Positions 1 to 13,988 are shown, numbered from the whole stretch's first letter. The stretch is DNA of 63,065 nucleotides, filler included, from Octopus bimaculoides (GCF_001194135.2; 5 parts of 5 records of this genome joined end to end with filler, not necessarily neighbours in it), one strand, 5' to 3'. Numbers and translations: made by a program. Notes: generated by a model not told the origin, from the letters alone.

Positions 1-25
1 AGAGAGACTTTTATATACTTATATT

Positions 26-185
26 AAGGTGGCGACCTAACAGAATCATGAATGCGTCGGACAAAATGCTTAGCGGCATTGCTATTCCGTCCGTCGTTAC
101 GTTCTGAGTTCGAGTGACGCTGGGGGTCGACTTTGCCTTTCATTCCTTTCGACTTAACCCCCCGGAAACCAATATTGGAACCAAT
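26..185 (+). mobile_element. tRNA-derived SINE, family A
   Basis: AAGGTGGCGA..AAATGCTTAGCGG..TTCTGAGTTC..GTCGACTTTGCCTTTCAT consensus, internally deleted. Confidence 0.8.
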
Positions 186-1381
186 ATATTTGCATAATAA
201 ATAGTATATATATATATATATATATATATATGCGTATGTGCATATACTCATGTACGTACACACATTCAAATATTTGCATTTATGACCTACATCTGTCGCT
301 GTATGCGTGAGATACAATCATTAACTTTGCTATTGTTATTGCAAAATGCTATCAATTCCAAAAAGTAGGTTCTTCATATATATATATATAAAAAGCTGGT
401 GGCACAGAAGTTTAATACAATACAATTTATGTACCTATATATAATATCTAACTATTTATCTTTCTTTCTATCTATCTATTTATTTGTATATATTGCAAAG
501 ACTAGCGTAGAGGAGGGCCAGGTGTGACAGTTCACATATATCTATGAAGTTAACGGTGCCTGTTTTTCTCTTAATATAAAGACACTTTGTTAAAAAAAAG
601 AAATGTACTACTTTTATGAATCGTTCTTACGTTTGCTTTTTGCTATTTCTAAGTATACATGTACACGAGTATACCCGTTTATCCATAGATATATCCGTTA
701 ATCCATGGGTAACGTTAGAGGTATACCGGTAAGCTACGAGTAAATCATTTTTTTTTTACGGCCAATAGCTAAAAACGAGCAGCTTAAATAGGATCTATAC
801 TTCATACCTAGTTATTTGTGCCTACTGTAATCTTTGCACGGTCCCGTGTACGTGTACATATAATTATATATACAGTTGCGTGTATATAACTATATAGAGA
901 GAGATAGAGAAAGGGAGAAAGAGTAATATGTAAATAGACAAAGAATATATCGATAAATATAGTCAAGTACTTAGTATGAATGCGTTTGCATAGTCAACGT
1001 ATGTATATGCTGTCTGTATGTATTATGCATGTATGTGTATATGCTTGTATGCATATATGCATGCATTGTTTATGCATGTTTGTATGCATGAGTATGTATG
1101 CATGAGTATGTATGCATGTATGTTTATGTGTGTACGTGTTTCTTGGAAGTTATCAAACTTAGTTTTCACAATACACCTGGCGTTACTCTGTTGTCTCTCT
1201 ATACTATATATATATTTATACCCGCATACATATATGTATATGCAATCGCATTTCTCGTTTTTATTGGTTTTCTTTTCTTCGTAAAACTTTTACAATTATA
1301 AATTCATTATTCCAAAATGTCCCAAGGAAATCACCTGACCCCCTCCTCCTTATCTTTATTAAAGGCCGGAAAGAAAGAATT

Positions 1382-1457
<76 letters not shown>

Positions 1458-2089
1458 TTGTGAGGGGAAAGAAAATGAGGGCAGATTGCTTTTGGTTGAA
1501 GATATGGCATGATGGAGAAAAAGCAGAAAGCAATGCCGGGAACGGACGAATAAAAGCCGGCACACCGGGCTGATCACGTTGGCTAAGTTCTAGAAATAAA
1601 AACACCACCATCACCTCCATTACCACTACAACCACCACGTAAACAGTGGCACCATTATAATAACACTTTCTGTGAATATCATCATCATCATCATAATCAC
1701 TATAACAAACGCTGCTTCAATCACCATCTCCATCGTCTGCACTTTCATTAATTATCCAGCTTTTACTAGCTTTAATTTACCATCACCTTGCACAGCCCAT
1801 TTCTATCTTCGTCGTTGTCTGTCACAAGGCTCCCGTAAAAAAAAAAAGCTGAAAAACAAAAATAGAGAGTATACCCTCGCTACAATCGCCGCCGCCTTCA
1901 TAATAGTTTTGTCTTTTGGACTTCGACTGCGGCGGTATGGCGTTGGTGGCGTTTGCGGTGGGTTGAGAGTGCTAGAGGTTGAGGTGAGGACGGCTTGAAA
2001 GGCGGCTCCTGTTACAAAACTAATGTCAAGACCTGGGATGAGAAAAAAAAGAAAAAAAAAGAAAGCTGGGTGAATGAAGACAGGTGTGT

Positions 2090-2126
<37 letters not shown>

Positions 2127-2295
2127 TGTGTGTGTGTGTGTGTGTGAGTGTGTGTTTTGTGGACCAGGTAGATAGAGTGATAGCTTTAGATACATGAACA
2201 GACAGATAGATGCACACAAGCATGTATGCATACATTCATGTATGCATGCATGCATGCATGTATACGTACGTATGTACCATCTTCTTTTAATTTCT

Positions 2296-2498
2296 ATCTT
2301 TTACTTGTTTCAATCATTAAACTGTGGCCATGCTGGAGCGCTGCCCTGAAGAATTTTTAGTCGAATGTACAACCTCTGTACTTATTTTTTAAAAGCCTCG
2401 TATTTTTCCATCGGTGTTATTTGCCGAACCACTAGGCTACTGGGAGGTAAACACACCAGCACCTGTTGTCAAGCAATGGTGGGGGTACAGACACAAAG

Positions 2499-2580
<82 letters not shown>

Positions 2581-2733
2581 ACAACGGGCTTCCTTCAGTT
2601 TCCGTCTGCCACATCCACTCGCAATGTTTTGATCGGCCCAAGACACTTGCCAAATGTGCCACGCAGTGGGACTGAACTTCGAACCATGTGTTTAGGAAGC
2701 ACGCTTCTTACCACACAGCTACACCTGCGCTCC
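2296..2733 (-). mobile_element. SINE family B
   Basis: Reverse complement of the family B reference, with a (CA)n(TA)n linker. Confidence 0.85.
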
Positions 2734-3135
2734 TATATATACATACGCACCATATATATACATGCATATATATACCGACGTACATTCATACATGCATATA
2801 TACTACATACATAGTACATTCGTACATACATACATGCCTACATACATACCTACAAATAAACAAATATAGTGATGATGGTGGTTGTTGTCACGATAAAGAG
2901 TTTTTGCGGTAGGTTAGTTACAGCACTATATGTTAAGTATTAATAGCTAATATATATTTCTTATACACACTCACTGTATATTAATAGCCACTATATATTC
3001 ATATACACCTTGTTTATATTTATAACTACTCCAAATTTATACACGCCTTTATTAAAACAGGTACCCAGTGACATGTTGTTAGCAAAGGTCAGCGATAATA
3101 ACCGATATTCAGTTATACATACACACACACACACT

Positions 3136-3176
<41 letters not shown>

Positions 3177-3231
3177 ATTCACACTTAGTCATATGGGGGC
3201 GGGGTAATGGACTTGATAGCAAACCAAACCC

Positions 3232-3897
3232 TTTATTTTTTATTTATTTAAGTCATTGAACTGGGACCATGCTGTTGCACTGAAAACGACTCCAGTGCTT
3301 TTTTCCTATCGTTCCTGTTTGCTGAAACCGTCAAGTTACGGGGACGTAAAGAAACCAACACCGGTTGTCAAGTGGTGGAATGTACAGACATACATTGTAA
3401 AAGATAAAACTCCACTTCGTTCACGATTGACCATGGTATTGCACCACCTTGAAACGTTCCTCTCCGAGGCACAAGTCCTGGCAAGGTTGTTTGTTTGTGA
3501 TAGACCAGTAGTTGTCCATGCGTGCCAGTCTCCCTTCACGCCACCGATGTTATCCAAGCGAAAGGCAAAAGCTGGTACAGCTTCGCACCAGTGGCATTGC
3601 AATTCATTTCCTACAGTCAAGTGAACTGGAACAACATGGAATGAAGCGTCTTGCTCAAGAACGAAACACCACCCGGTCCCAAAAACGAACTCGCAACCTC
3701 AGATTGTAAGCCCAACGCTCTAACTACTGAGCTATGCACCTTGATACAGAGAGAAAGAGATAAAGAGAGGGGCGGGCTTCTGCACAGTTTCCGTCTACCA
3801 AATTCATTCACAAAGCATTGGTCGGCACGAGGTTATAGAAGAAGTGTCAAGTGGTGGAACTGAACCCGAAACCACGTAGCTGCAAAGTGAGTTTCTG
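3232..3897 (-). mobile_element. SINE family B split by a nested family E SINE (about 3400-3745)
   Basis: The B 3' half is at 3232-3390 and the B 5' half at 3773-3897. The intervening sequence carries the family E head and core. Confidence 0.7.
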
Positions 3898-4667
3898 TGC
3901 TTAATATTAGTGCCTATATAATTAATATAAATCCTTATATAGCTTTTTACTATTGGTCCCAAAGTGGCGAGGTGGCAGAATTTTTAGCACTCCAGGCAAA
4001 ATGCTTACCGGCACTTTGTCCATTTTGACGTTTCTGAGTTCAAATTCCTCCGAAGTCGACTTTGTCTTTCATTCTTTCACGGTCGATAAAATAAGTTCCA
4101 GTGCAGTACTTGGGTTGATCTAGTTGACTTACCGTCTCCCTACGAAATTGCTGTCCCAAGATTTGAAAACAATATTGTCCCTCTATGCTTTTTTTCCATT
4201 TTCTCTGATGATAGCTTTAATATATATATATATATATATATATANNNNNNNNNNNNNNNNNNNNNNNNNNNNNNNNNNNNNNNNNNNNNNNNNNNNNNNN
4301 NNNNNNNNNNNNNNNNNNNNNNNNNNNNNNNNNNNNNNNNNNNNNNNNNNNNNNNNNNNNNNNNNNNNNNNNNNNNNNNNNNNNNNNNNNNNNNNNNNNN
4401 NNNNNNNNNNNNNNNNNNNNNNNNNNNNNNNNNNNNNNNNNNNNNNNNNATATATAGTTCCTATACATCATTCGTGTTAATGTCTATATATCTGAAATAT
4501 TAATGCTGAGATGTCTTTCATTATTGCCTACATATCTCTCTGTAATACATCTTCAATGTTTGTGCCAATAGGTCTCTGATATCAACGCCTATACATTTTT
4601 TTCATATTAGTGATGACTCAAGGGCCGAGACTTTCGTCCACTGACAGTTTATAAGAACCAATACACG

Positions 4668-4699
<32 letters not shown>

Positions 4700-5274
4700 T
4701 CCATATATATGTTTTTCTTTCCTTCATTTAACTGAACATGAACTTTATTCTACACACGCACGCACGCACACACACACACACACACNNNNNNNNNNNNNNN
4801 NNNNNNNNNNNNNNNNNNNNNNNNNNNNNNNNNNNNNNNNNNNNNNNNNNNNNNNNNNNNNNNNNNNNNNNNNNNNNNNNNNNNNNNNNNNNNNNNNNNN
4901 NNNNNNNNNNNNNNNNNNNNNNNNNNNNNNNNNNNNNNNNNNNNNNNNNNNNNNNNNNNNNNNNNNNNNNNNNNNNNNNNNNNNNNNNNNNNNNNNNNNN
5001 NNNNNNNNNNNNNNNNNNNNNNNNNNNNNNNNNNNNNNNNNNNNNNNNNNNNNNNNNNNNNNNNNNNNNNNNNNNNNNNNNNNNNNNNNNNNNNNNNNNN
5101 NNNNNNNNNNNNNNNNNNNNNNNNNNNNNNNNNNNNNNNNNNNNNNNNNNNNNNNNNNNNNNNNNNNNNNNNNNNNNNNNNNNNNNNNNNNNNNNNNNNN
5201 NNNNNNNNNNNNNNNNNNNNNNNNNNNNNNNNNNNNNNNNNNNNNNNNNNNNNNNNNNNNNNNNNNNNNNNNNG

Positions 5275-5488
5275 AGCTGCTGGCAGAAACGTTAGCACAC
5301 CAGGCGAAATGCTAAGCGGTATTTCGTCTGCCCGCTACGTTCTGAGTTCAAATTCCGCCGAGGTCGACTTTGCATTTCATCCTTTCGCGGTCGATAAATT
5401 AAGTACCAGTTACGCACTGGCGTCGATCTAATCGACTTGCCCCCTCCCCCAAAATTCCAGACTTTGTGCCTAGAGTAGAAGAGAGTAT
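5275..5488 (+). mobile_element. SINE family A (CpG-rich copy)
   Basis: TGGCAGAAACG A box, GAGTTCAAATTCC B box, and the core GAGGTCGACTTTGC..GTCGATAAATTAAGTACCAG. Confidence 0.88.
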
Positions 5489-5821
5489 ATTTAGTTTCTA
5501 AGCTTTCCGAAGTTTGACAGAAACATTAGCGCATCGGACAACATATAACATTAATATGAAATACAATTTAGTGGAAGTACTCAATACTGTTGGAGAAAGT
5601 GCAATAATATGACTCTGATTCTGAAAACAGTGAAGGGCTCGAGCAAATCCAATCGAAGTGTGTATCAGAAATCTCCAATTGCCATCCGATCACGCACATG
5701 CGCGCGCGCGCGCACACACACACACACACACACATACACACACTTGCGAGTGAGTGAACAAAGGACAGAAAGCAGCACTCAGCACATTTGTTAGGAGTTA
5801 CACATTTTTTTTTTCTAAACA

Positions 5822-5961
5822 ACAGTTTGACTCAGCTCTGCATGACTTCAAACTTTCACATGGTTTACAGTTTCAAGGACGCATGGGACACGTCCTACAT
5901 GGTTGCTTCCTACGTAGCAACCAACAAAAGTTTTAAGTCATGTGGGGCTGAGTCAGATTGT
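5822..5961 (+). ncRNA. Candidate structured RNA: 35-bp closing stem with two apical hairpins
   Basis: 5822-5856 pairs with 5927-5961 with five G-U pairs and one C-U mismatch. Hairpins are AGGACG/CGUCCU (5876-5896) and GGUUGCU/AGCAACC (5901-5922). Function is unknown. Confidence 0.35.
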
Positions 5962-7407
5962 CATTTGTGTGTGTGTGTGCGTATGCGCGTGTGTGTGTAT
6001 TCTGCAATTTTGTTCAAACTATGTCCAGAGCCTTCCGAGGTGTGTTCATGTTACCTTAACCGATTCTGTATGCTGTTGATCATGACCAAAATACTCTTCA
6101 GTTTTATTGCCAACGAAATGTAAAAATGTACGTTCTATAAAAGAAGAAATTTAAGTTCTGCAATCTTATAACTTCCCCTCTGATTGATGATGATGATGAT
6201 GATGATGAGAGAAAGAGCTTATCTTTCATGTTAGAGGAGTGCACTATATTGAACATGTGTGTGTGGGTGGGTGTGTTTAAAAGTATCAACTCGCTACCAC
6301 TACCTTCATCATCATCGTCATCATCATTGTCCTCAGTGAATCTACACATTTGCGACTTTGTGTCTGAGATTAACTTTGTCCTCTCAAGTAGTGCGTGCGT
6401 GCACTAAGTAGAAACCATTTATTGTAATCATGGATAGAGTTTTGAATCGTCTATTGTTAACTAAATTAATGGAGCCCCCGTCCCCTCCCAAAGCTCTGGA
6501 TATCGTTAAATCATCTGCTTAATGTCATTAGCTGGTTATTGTTACAGAAAAGGCGTGGCCTAATAGTTTGCTTGTGTTAGGCTGGCGATTATAATATCGT
6601 AGGTTCAATTCCTGAACCGGGCATTGTGTCCCTGAACAAGGCACTTCACTCTCGTGCATCTCTCTCTAGCTGTCTGTCTGTCTGTCTGTCTGCCTGCTTG
6701 TATGTCCCTCCCCCTCTCTCTCTCTCTCTCAAACTGTTCCGAATGGTTGATGACTGGTTGATATAACAATGCATAATATGCAAGCAGGTGTAACCTATAT
6801 ACGCAACTTTTCATATAAATATATTCGTCACGCCTGCTATCGCTTGTCTTTCTTTCTACATACATACATACATACATACACATGTATGTAGGTGTGTATT
6901 TTATGGGTGGAAAATGTGAGGCAACCCAATAACTGAAGAATGCTTATTTATTTTGAAATTGCAAAATCAATATAAACATGCCGCATGCAAATGGCCTGTT
7001 TGACAAGAATCAGCTGTTGAGACGTTTTCGCTGTTCTTAACAAACGCGAAGGATATCAACCAAAAATAATAAGTTATTTTATACCAATGTGAAGGTGCGT
7101 GGTCTTGTGATTAGGTGCATTGCAATCACACTCGTAAATTCTTATGATCGTGGTTTCGACTCCTGAACCCAGCGGTGCGTTGTGTTCTTCAGCAAAACAC
7201 TCCAATCCACTTAGTTGTAAATGAGTTCCAGTGGTGGCTGGAAAGTTAACTCTGCAACGGACTAGCATCCCGTCCAGGAGTGTGAGGATATTGTAATCTC
7301 AGTCATTCATAATCTAGGGGGAACCGGGTTAACTTCCAGCCTCATGAGTCTTTGAGCCCACGACAGACTTAAAGTAAGTTTCTTTGTATCAATATTATCA
7401 TTTTTTT

Positions 7408-7631
7408 AAAGGTAGCAAGTTGGCAGAATCATTAGCGCGCCGGGCAAAATGCTTAGCGGCATTTCGTCCGTCTTTATGTTGTCTGAGTTCAAATTCCTCC
7501 GAGGCCGACTGTGCCTTTCATCCCTTTCGGGGTCGATAGAATAAATACCAGTTGAACACTGGCGTCGAAGTAAGCGACCCACTCCTTTCCCCGAAATTGC
7601 TGGCCTTGTCTCAAAATTTGAAACCAATATT
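7408..7631 (+). mobile_element. SINE family A
   Basis: Full-length consensus match. Other A copies: 3961-4173 (+), 7772-8030 (-), 10899-11085 (+), 12020-12170 (+, old), 18495-18688 (+), 39820-40050 (+, old). Confidence 0.88.
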
Positions 7632-8169
7632 ATCTCGTATCTATCCATGCATATCATCTATCCATGCATATCATGTACAAGCAGACAAGTATTATTCTGC
7701 TTATCACGATATGTGTTCAAGAGTAGCACTTTTAAATGCCTTCAATGTCTATGAAAGGACATAGTCAATGACATCGTCCCTAGAACTAGACTGGTGCTTT
7801 ATTTTATCGACCCTGGAAGGATGAAAGGTAAAATTGACAGTAGCGAGATTTGAACCCAGGACGTAAAGCGTTGGAAGAAACATTACGAAGCATTTTTTTT
7901 TCGACTCTGTTCCAACCCCACCACCTTTTGGGGGTTACTAATTTTGGTTTTCTAATTCGGCGGGATTTGAACTTCACCAGGCATTTTCCTGGCGTTCTAG
8001 CGATTCTGCTAGCCCGCCGCCTTGCATCTAAAAATAACAGTAAGAACATTTATAAAACAGAATTTCTTTGGGTGCTGCTAGTTGTAAATGCATATATAAA
8101 TATAGCGATCTTTCGAATTTAGCACATATAAGATGATGACCTCTCGTACAACTTTTTCAAAGGTATTTC

Positions 8170-9010
8170 ATTAACATATATTCGTATCTTTGTCATTCTT
8201 ACTTCTCTTGTAGTTGCTTCTGATCTTTGATCGTTGATCAAAGACGTTCCAAACCTGATCATATCTAGTTTCTTTTTTTTCTTCCTTTCTTTTTTTTTTT
8301 TTTTTTTTTTTTTGTATTCTCAGATAAAGTCTATCTAGGACTACTTTATCAAATGTGCCCTTCCTTTTTTCAAAACTGTAGGCAGCAGCTGACATAGATT
8401 TAACTGCTTGTGACTGCTTAGTTCCAAGTAAAGATGTTCTATCTTGGACCATCCTGTCGTATGTTCAGATACAATGTATCTAGGATTACATTATCCAATG
8501 TGCCCGTCAATTTTTAAGACAATAAGGAGTAAGCTAAGAGAGATTTATTAATTCCCAAGTAATCCTGATCAACGATGCTTCAGCCTTGGCTATCTTGTCT
8601 TTTAATCAAACATAGTGTAACTAGGACTACATTATCCAATGTGTCCTTCTACTTTTTAAAACAGAAGGGCATGGTTCGAGTGTATACACTCATCGACATA
8701 GTATACACTCATCTTAATTACTTGTACCTCATTATATATCTCATTGTATATCTAATTACTCCACTCACTACATCATCTATTACAGTCTTTCTGTTGCATC
8801 ACGCGATAGCAGTGTGAACTGTGCAGACGGGAGGAGCGAAACATCAGTTATATATCTAGAACAGACCAAGGACCCAAGGCTTTTAAGCCGTGACTGCCTC
8901 TTTTTGCGCGCGTGTAAGTCATGGTGTATATAGGACTGCATTATCTATACTGCTCTTCCTTTTTTTAAGATAATAGAGGGACATTTGACTGCCATTTCCA
9001 ATCATCTATA
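8170..9010. repeat. Cluster of an unclassified interspersed repeat (motif GGACTACATTATCCAATGTG.CCTT)
   Basis: The motif recurs at about 8338, 8483, 8624, 8931 and 18885. Confidence 0.6.
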
Positions 9011-9798
9011 CTTATATTTGATTGATATTTCCATTAAGTCGAGTGACGGCATTTGGTTTCCTTGTTGTCCCGTCGTATGCTTTAGTGTGTGAATATTGTG
9101 TGTATATAATTTATTTATAATATATTGAGTTGAGTTTTGGTCAGGTGCTTAATTATGAATACTGGGCTTGATTCGTCTTTCAGAAAGGGGTCACAACTTC
9201 TTGGCACCTTATCTAGGGGGATATTTACCCTCGGCTCCGCTTCACAGTACAGCTTAAATTAAAGGACTTTTGTAGAAGTTGGCATTACACGGTCCGAACG
9301 CGTGTTTTGAATGTGTGTATGTGTGTGTATGTAAGTCATGAGGGAAGAGAGAACGCACTGCCCAAGACCTGTTATAAGACCCTGAAACTGGTGGCGGAGA
9401 GGAAGGTATCCTTAAACCAGAAGCTTAACCCAAATGCTTGCAACAGATTATATTCCCCGACAGGCACCCCAGTAGGTGACAGTTTAAGTCTACAACCCAA
9501 AGACGATAGGAATTCGGAAAAAATACCACAAGGCATCTGGTCCGCCTTTCTTTCAGTTCCACCAATCCACCAACCTCATAGTTGGTACTTTTTTTCTTTA
9601 TCGATCTCGAAAGGATAAAAGGAAAACTTAATTTTGATTGGATTTGAACTCAGAAGACAGAGTAGTGCATGTGTATTTATGTATGCGTGAACAGATATGA
9701 CCGAGTAGTCATTATTGGGAATAGCAGTCTCGCCCTAATCACTGCGGTTTTATGGTGGACATGATCCGCTAGTCACTATAATGTTACGGTAGACGTAA

Positions 9799-9836
<38 letters not shown>

Positions 9837-10153
9837 CATCCATCTATCTATCGATCGATCGATCTATTTATCTATCTACCTCGTTACAACAATATAGCTA
9901 GATGAAGACCACGTCTATCGCGGTGATCTTTGGCACACACTATGAATCACACTAAATCTAACGAAATAAACAGAAAGAGGGGTGGCTGTGATGCTTAGCG
10001 TAATAAACAACTTAATTGGCGTTTCAAGTTCAAACCTGCTTCGCGTAGTGACTCAGAGAGAGACCACGTCTCGTGATGCGCGCGTAAATAATTTTCCCGC
10101 CAATAATAGTGCATTGTGGATAATAGTCGCTACTCGCTCTAGTGTGTGAATGC

Positions 10154-10185
<32 letters not shown>

Positions 10186-10564
10186 CATGTATGTATGTAT
10201 ACACACGTACACGTTTTGGGAAGGTTAACGTGTAAGTTCTTTAATATACGAGATAAATGGATCTTCGTTGTTTTGAATGGTGCTTATTCCAGTTGTTGGT
10301 CAACTGCATTCATTGAATTACAGTGTTGATTGTTGAGTATTCCACATATACGTGTACCCTTAATGTACTCTTTTGAATTAGAAGTATAATCCACCCACCC
10401 AACGGCTTTCGCACAGTTTCCCCTCTACCTAATTTCACTTATAAGATTCGTGTTCGGTCAAGCCTACGATAAAAGACCCGTGGTGAAAATGCTATGCAGT
10501 GGGATTGAACCTGGAGTGTCATGATTGTAAAGCGAACTTGTAAACCACTCAGCTGTGCCTGTGT

Positions 10565-10604
<40 letters not shown>

Positions 10605-11241
10605 TACATGCATAATCATGTTTACATAGGTATGCACATATTCATTTACATAAAATATTTTTTTGCCCCCCCCCCTCTCTCTCTCTCTCATGTGTGTGTG
10701 TGCGTGCGCGTGTTTGTGTGATTCATTACAAGTCAAAGCTAACCTCTTATATTTATTTCATCGATATTTCCCGCCATGCTGCAAATATTGATTCTACGAA
10801 AGTCGGCTGACTGAAACCCCTCAGGTGACGACGACGACAACAACATCAACAACAACTACTACTAGTTTTTGTTGATGCTATCATTATTATGTTCGTTAAG
10901 ATAATAAGCTGACAGAATCGTTCAGCGCGTCGGACAAAATGCTTAGTAGCATTTCATGTGACACTTAACGCTCTGAATTCAAATGCCGCCGAGGTCTGCT
11001 TTGCCCTTCATCCCTTCGGGATCGATAAAATAAGGCACCAGTCTAATATTGGGGTCGATGTAATCGACTTACCTTCTCTCCTAGTATAGTTGATATCGTA
11101 AAAGAGGCAGTTTTTGTTCGAAAATTTTCTCGATAAAATCACCCCAGTTGCTGTATTCAAAGTTGCTCTAAATATTACATGCTAAAAACTTTTCGCTATT
11201 GAAATTAGGGTTCGTCTAACATACCCGTGCGTCTTTTATGC

Positions 11242-11549
11242 CAGGGGTTTTCAAACTGTGGTCCGCGGACAACAGGGGGTCCGCAAGGACAAGACAGGGG
11301 GTCCGTGGACAGCAAATACTTTTTATGGGCAATTTGATTTTATATGTTTTTTAATCAAAATCTTTTAATTGACAATAAACCTATTTGTTAAATACTGTTA
11401 AAATAAATAAATGTAAGTAAATAAATGTAAAAATATGTTATTTTAAGCAAATATTTATGTATAAATTTCATAAGCGGTTATAAGGGGGTTTATAAGGTAA
11501 AGCCTGAAATATAAAGGGGTCCGCAAGTCAAAAAGTTTGAAAACCCCTG
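11242..11549. mobile_element. hAT (Buster/Charlie-type) MITE, 308 bp
   Basis: Perfect 16-bp TIRs CAGGGGTTTTCAAACT / AGTTTGAAAACCCCTG and an 8-bp TSD TTTTATGC (11234-11241 and 11550-11557) with central TA. Internal GGGGTCCG subterminal motifs are present. Confidence 0.92.
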
Positions 11550-12611
11550 TTTTATGCCATCAAATATGCGTTCCTTACAAACACACTATTGTTTAGAATG
11601 TTGCCGTTGCCGTGTTCATTAGATAAACATTGTTGTTTTTTGTAAATGAAGTCAACAAACAAATCTTCCTTGCACAAATCCTTCCAGCGATGCAGATAAG
11701 GTCTTTTCTACTTTAATTTTTAGCTATCATATCTCCAGTCACAATTATAGTTAAGTTCGATCATATATTATAAGTAATATAAAACCTATTTATTCAAGGA
11801 CGAAGACATTATTTAGTATTGTGTGTGAGAGACCGCTCTCGTTTCACGTTCTGAACGTTTAAAATGTTGATTTGCTCCAGTTCTTTTCTTTTTTATTTTT
11901 AGAAACCGTGCAATAAACTGTAATGTTTTCGTTACGGAATACGACTAACTTTCATTATCGTTAAAGTATCAGGCAAAATACCTTGGTATGTGTAATTACG
12001 GTTCGTTCTGAATACGATTTCCGCCGATTTGAGGTCCTCTTTGCTTTTCTCCTCACCCCACAAAGGTGGATAAAAATAAAAAGTACCTGTGAAGTATTGA
12101 AGTCGATGGTATCGATTGATCCCTTCCCCTAAACATTGCTGGTCTTGTTCCTAAATCAGGAACCATTATTCTTCAAATAGTCTGAAAATATTATTTTTAA
12201 ATGCAGTAGGGTATGATTTTGAAGAGATTTGGCAGTTATTTCTCCCAGGTCAAGCGTTCACATAATGGCTCCTTAGTTGGTTTGGATATGTGTGTGTGTG
12301 TGTGCATGCGTGTGTGTATGCGTCTATACGTGCGTGTATGCATCCATGCTTGATTACCAGTATTGGTCTGTTTATGTCATTGTAAACATAGCAAGCGTAA
12401 AATTCCGGTGATAATACACAAATTTAGGATATTTTTATACTTTGTACGACTTTAATCTGTATTTCTGGATATATAATCAGTTTATATGAAGGTAGTGCAA
12501 ATCCAGAAATATTTATTTGTAATTACAAAGAAAAACTACTCTAATTGGAGTGGTGTTCATCGGACGACCCTCAAAATATACCAGCACTAATAGCTGTAGC
12601 AATACTGTTTA

Positions 12612-12846
12612 TATATATTCTTTTATTCTTTTACTTGTTTCGGTCAATTGACTGCAGCCATGCTGGACACCACCTTGAAGGGTTTTAGTCGAAGAAATCA
12701 ACCCCAGGACTTATTCTTTATAAGCCTAGTATTTATTCTATCGGTGTCTTTTGCCGAACCGCTAATGTTACGGGAACATAAACACACCAGTATCGGTTGT
12801 CATGCGATGGCGGGGTGGGGGTACAAACACAGACACGAATATATAT

Positions 12847-12891
<45 letters not shown>

Positions 12892-13148
12892 NNNNNNNNN
12901 NNNNNNNNNNNNNNNNNNNNNNNNNNNNNNNNNNNNNNNNNNNNNNNNNNNNNNNNNNNNNNNNNNNNNNNNNNNNNNNNNNNNNNNNNNNNNNNNNNNN
13001 NNNNNNNNNNNNNNNNNNNNNNNNNNNNNNNNNNNNNNNNNNNNNNNNNNNNNNNNNNNNNNNNNNNNNNNNNNNNNNNNNNNNNNNNCCTCTGGTATTT
13101 GAGTACTCTTTTTTCCACCTTGTTGCACATTGCATGTGCTTACTCCGG

Positions 13149-13179
<31 letters not shown>

Positions 13180-13335
13180 GACGGGCTTCTTTCAGTTTTT
13201 GTCTACTAAATCTACTCTCAAGGCTCTGGTCAGCCCAAGGCAATTGTAGAAGGCACTTACCTAAGGTGCCATGCGGTGAGACTGAACTCGGAACTATGTG
13301 GTTGGAAAGTAAGCTTCTTAACCACGCCTGCACCT
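12612..13335 (-). mobile_element. SINE family B spanning an N gap
   Basis: The two halves flank the microsatellite and gap. Confidence 0.8.
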
Positions 13336-13422
13336 ATAAAATAAAGCTCTCAGAAATAAGTTACGATACATATCGTAAGTCAGAAAAATTATACCTTTGA
13401 ATATCAACCCTGATATTAGTTT

Positions 13423-13640
13423 CAAATTTTGGCCCAAGACCAGCTATTTCGAGAGGAGGGGCCACGTCGATTACATTGCCCCCTCCCCCGTGTTCAACAG
13501 GTATTTATGCTATCGATCCCCGGAATAATGAAAGGTAAAGTCGACGTCGGCAGAATTTGAACGCAGGACGTAAGGACGACCGAAATGCTGCTAAGCATTA
13601 TACCCAGCGATGCAACAATTCTACCGAGCTCGCTGCCTTA
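13423..13640 (-). mobile_element. SINE family A
   Basis: Reverse complement of the consensus. Confidence 0.82.
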
Positions 13641-13915
13641 TATATTTATTGTGAATATCGACGCTGTGTGGTTTTCGTAAATGTGTTGTTTTCGTTAATA
13701 TATGTATAGGTATCGATTAGCGATCGACCTAATTTCGATGGGAGTGGCTGAGTTGTGACAGGGGCAGGGGGAGGGAGGTTTGACAAGGGAATTGTATGTA
13801 TGTGTGTGCGTGTGGAGAGAGAGAGAGGGGGAGAGAGGAAGTTGTGTGGAAACAAGTCTCATGTTTCAGTGCATATATAGATTGCATTTTTTTAGAAAAT
13901 TCTTTTAACTATACG

Positions 13916-13948
<33 letters not shown>

Positions 13949-13988
13949 ATACACATATGTATGCATATGTATGTATAATATGTATATG

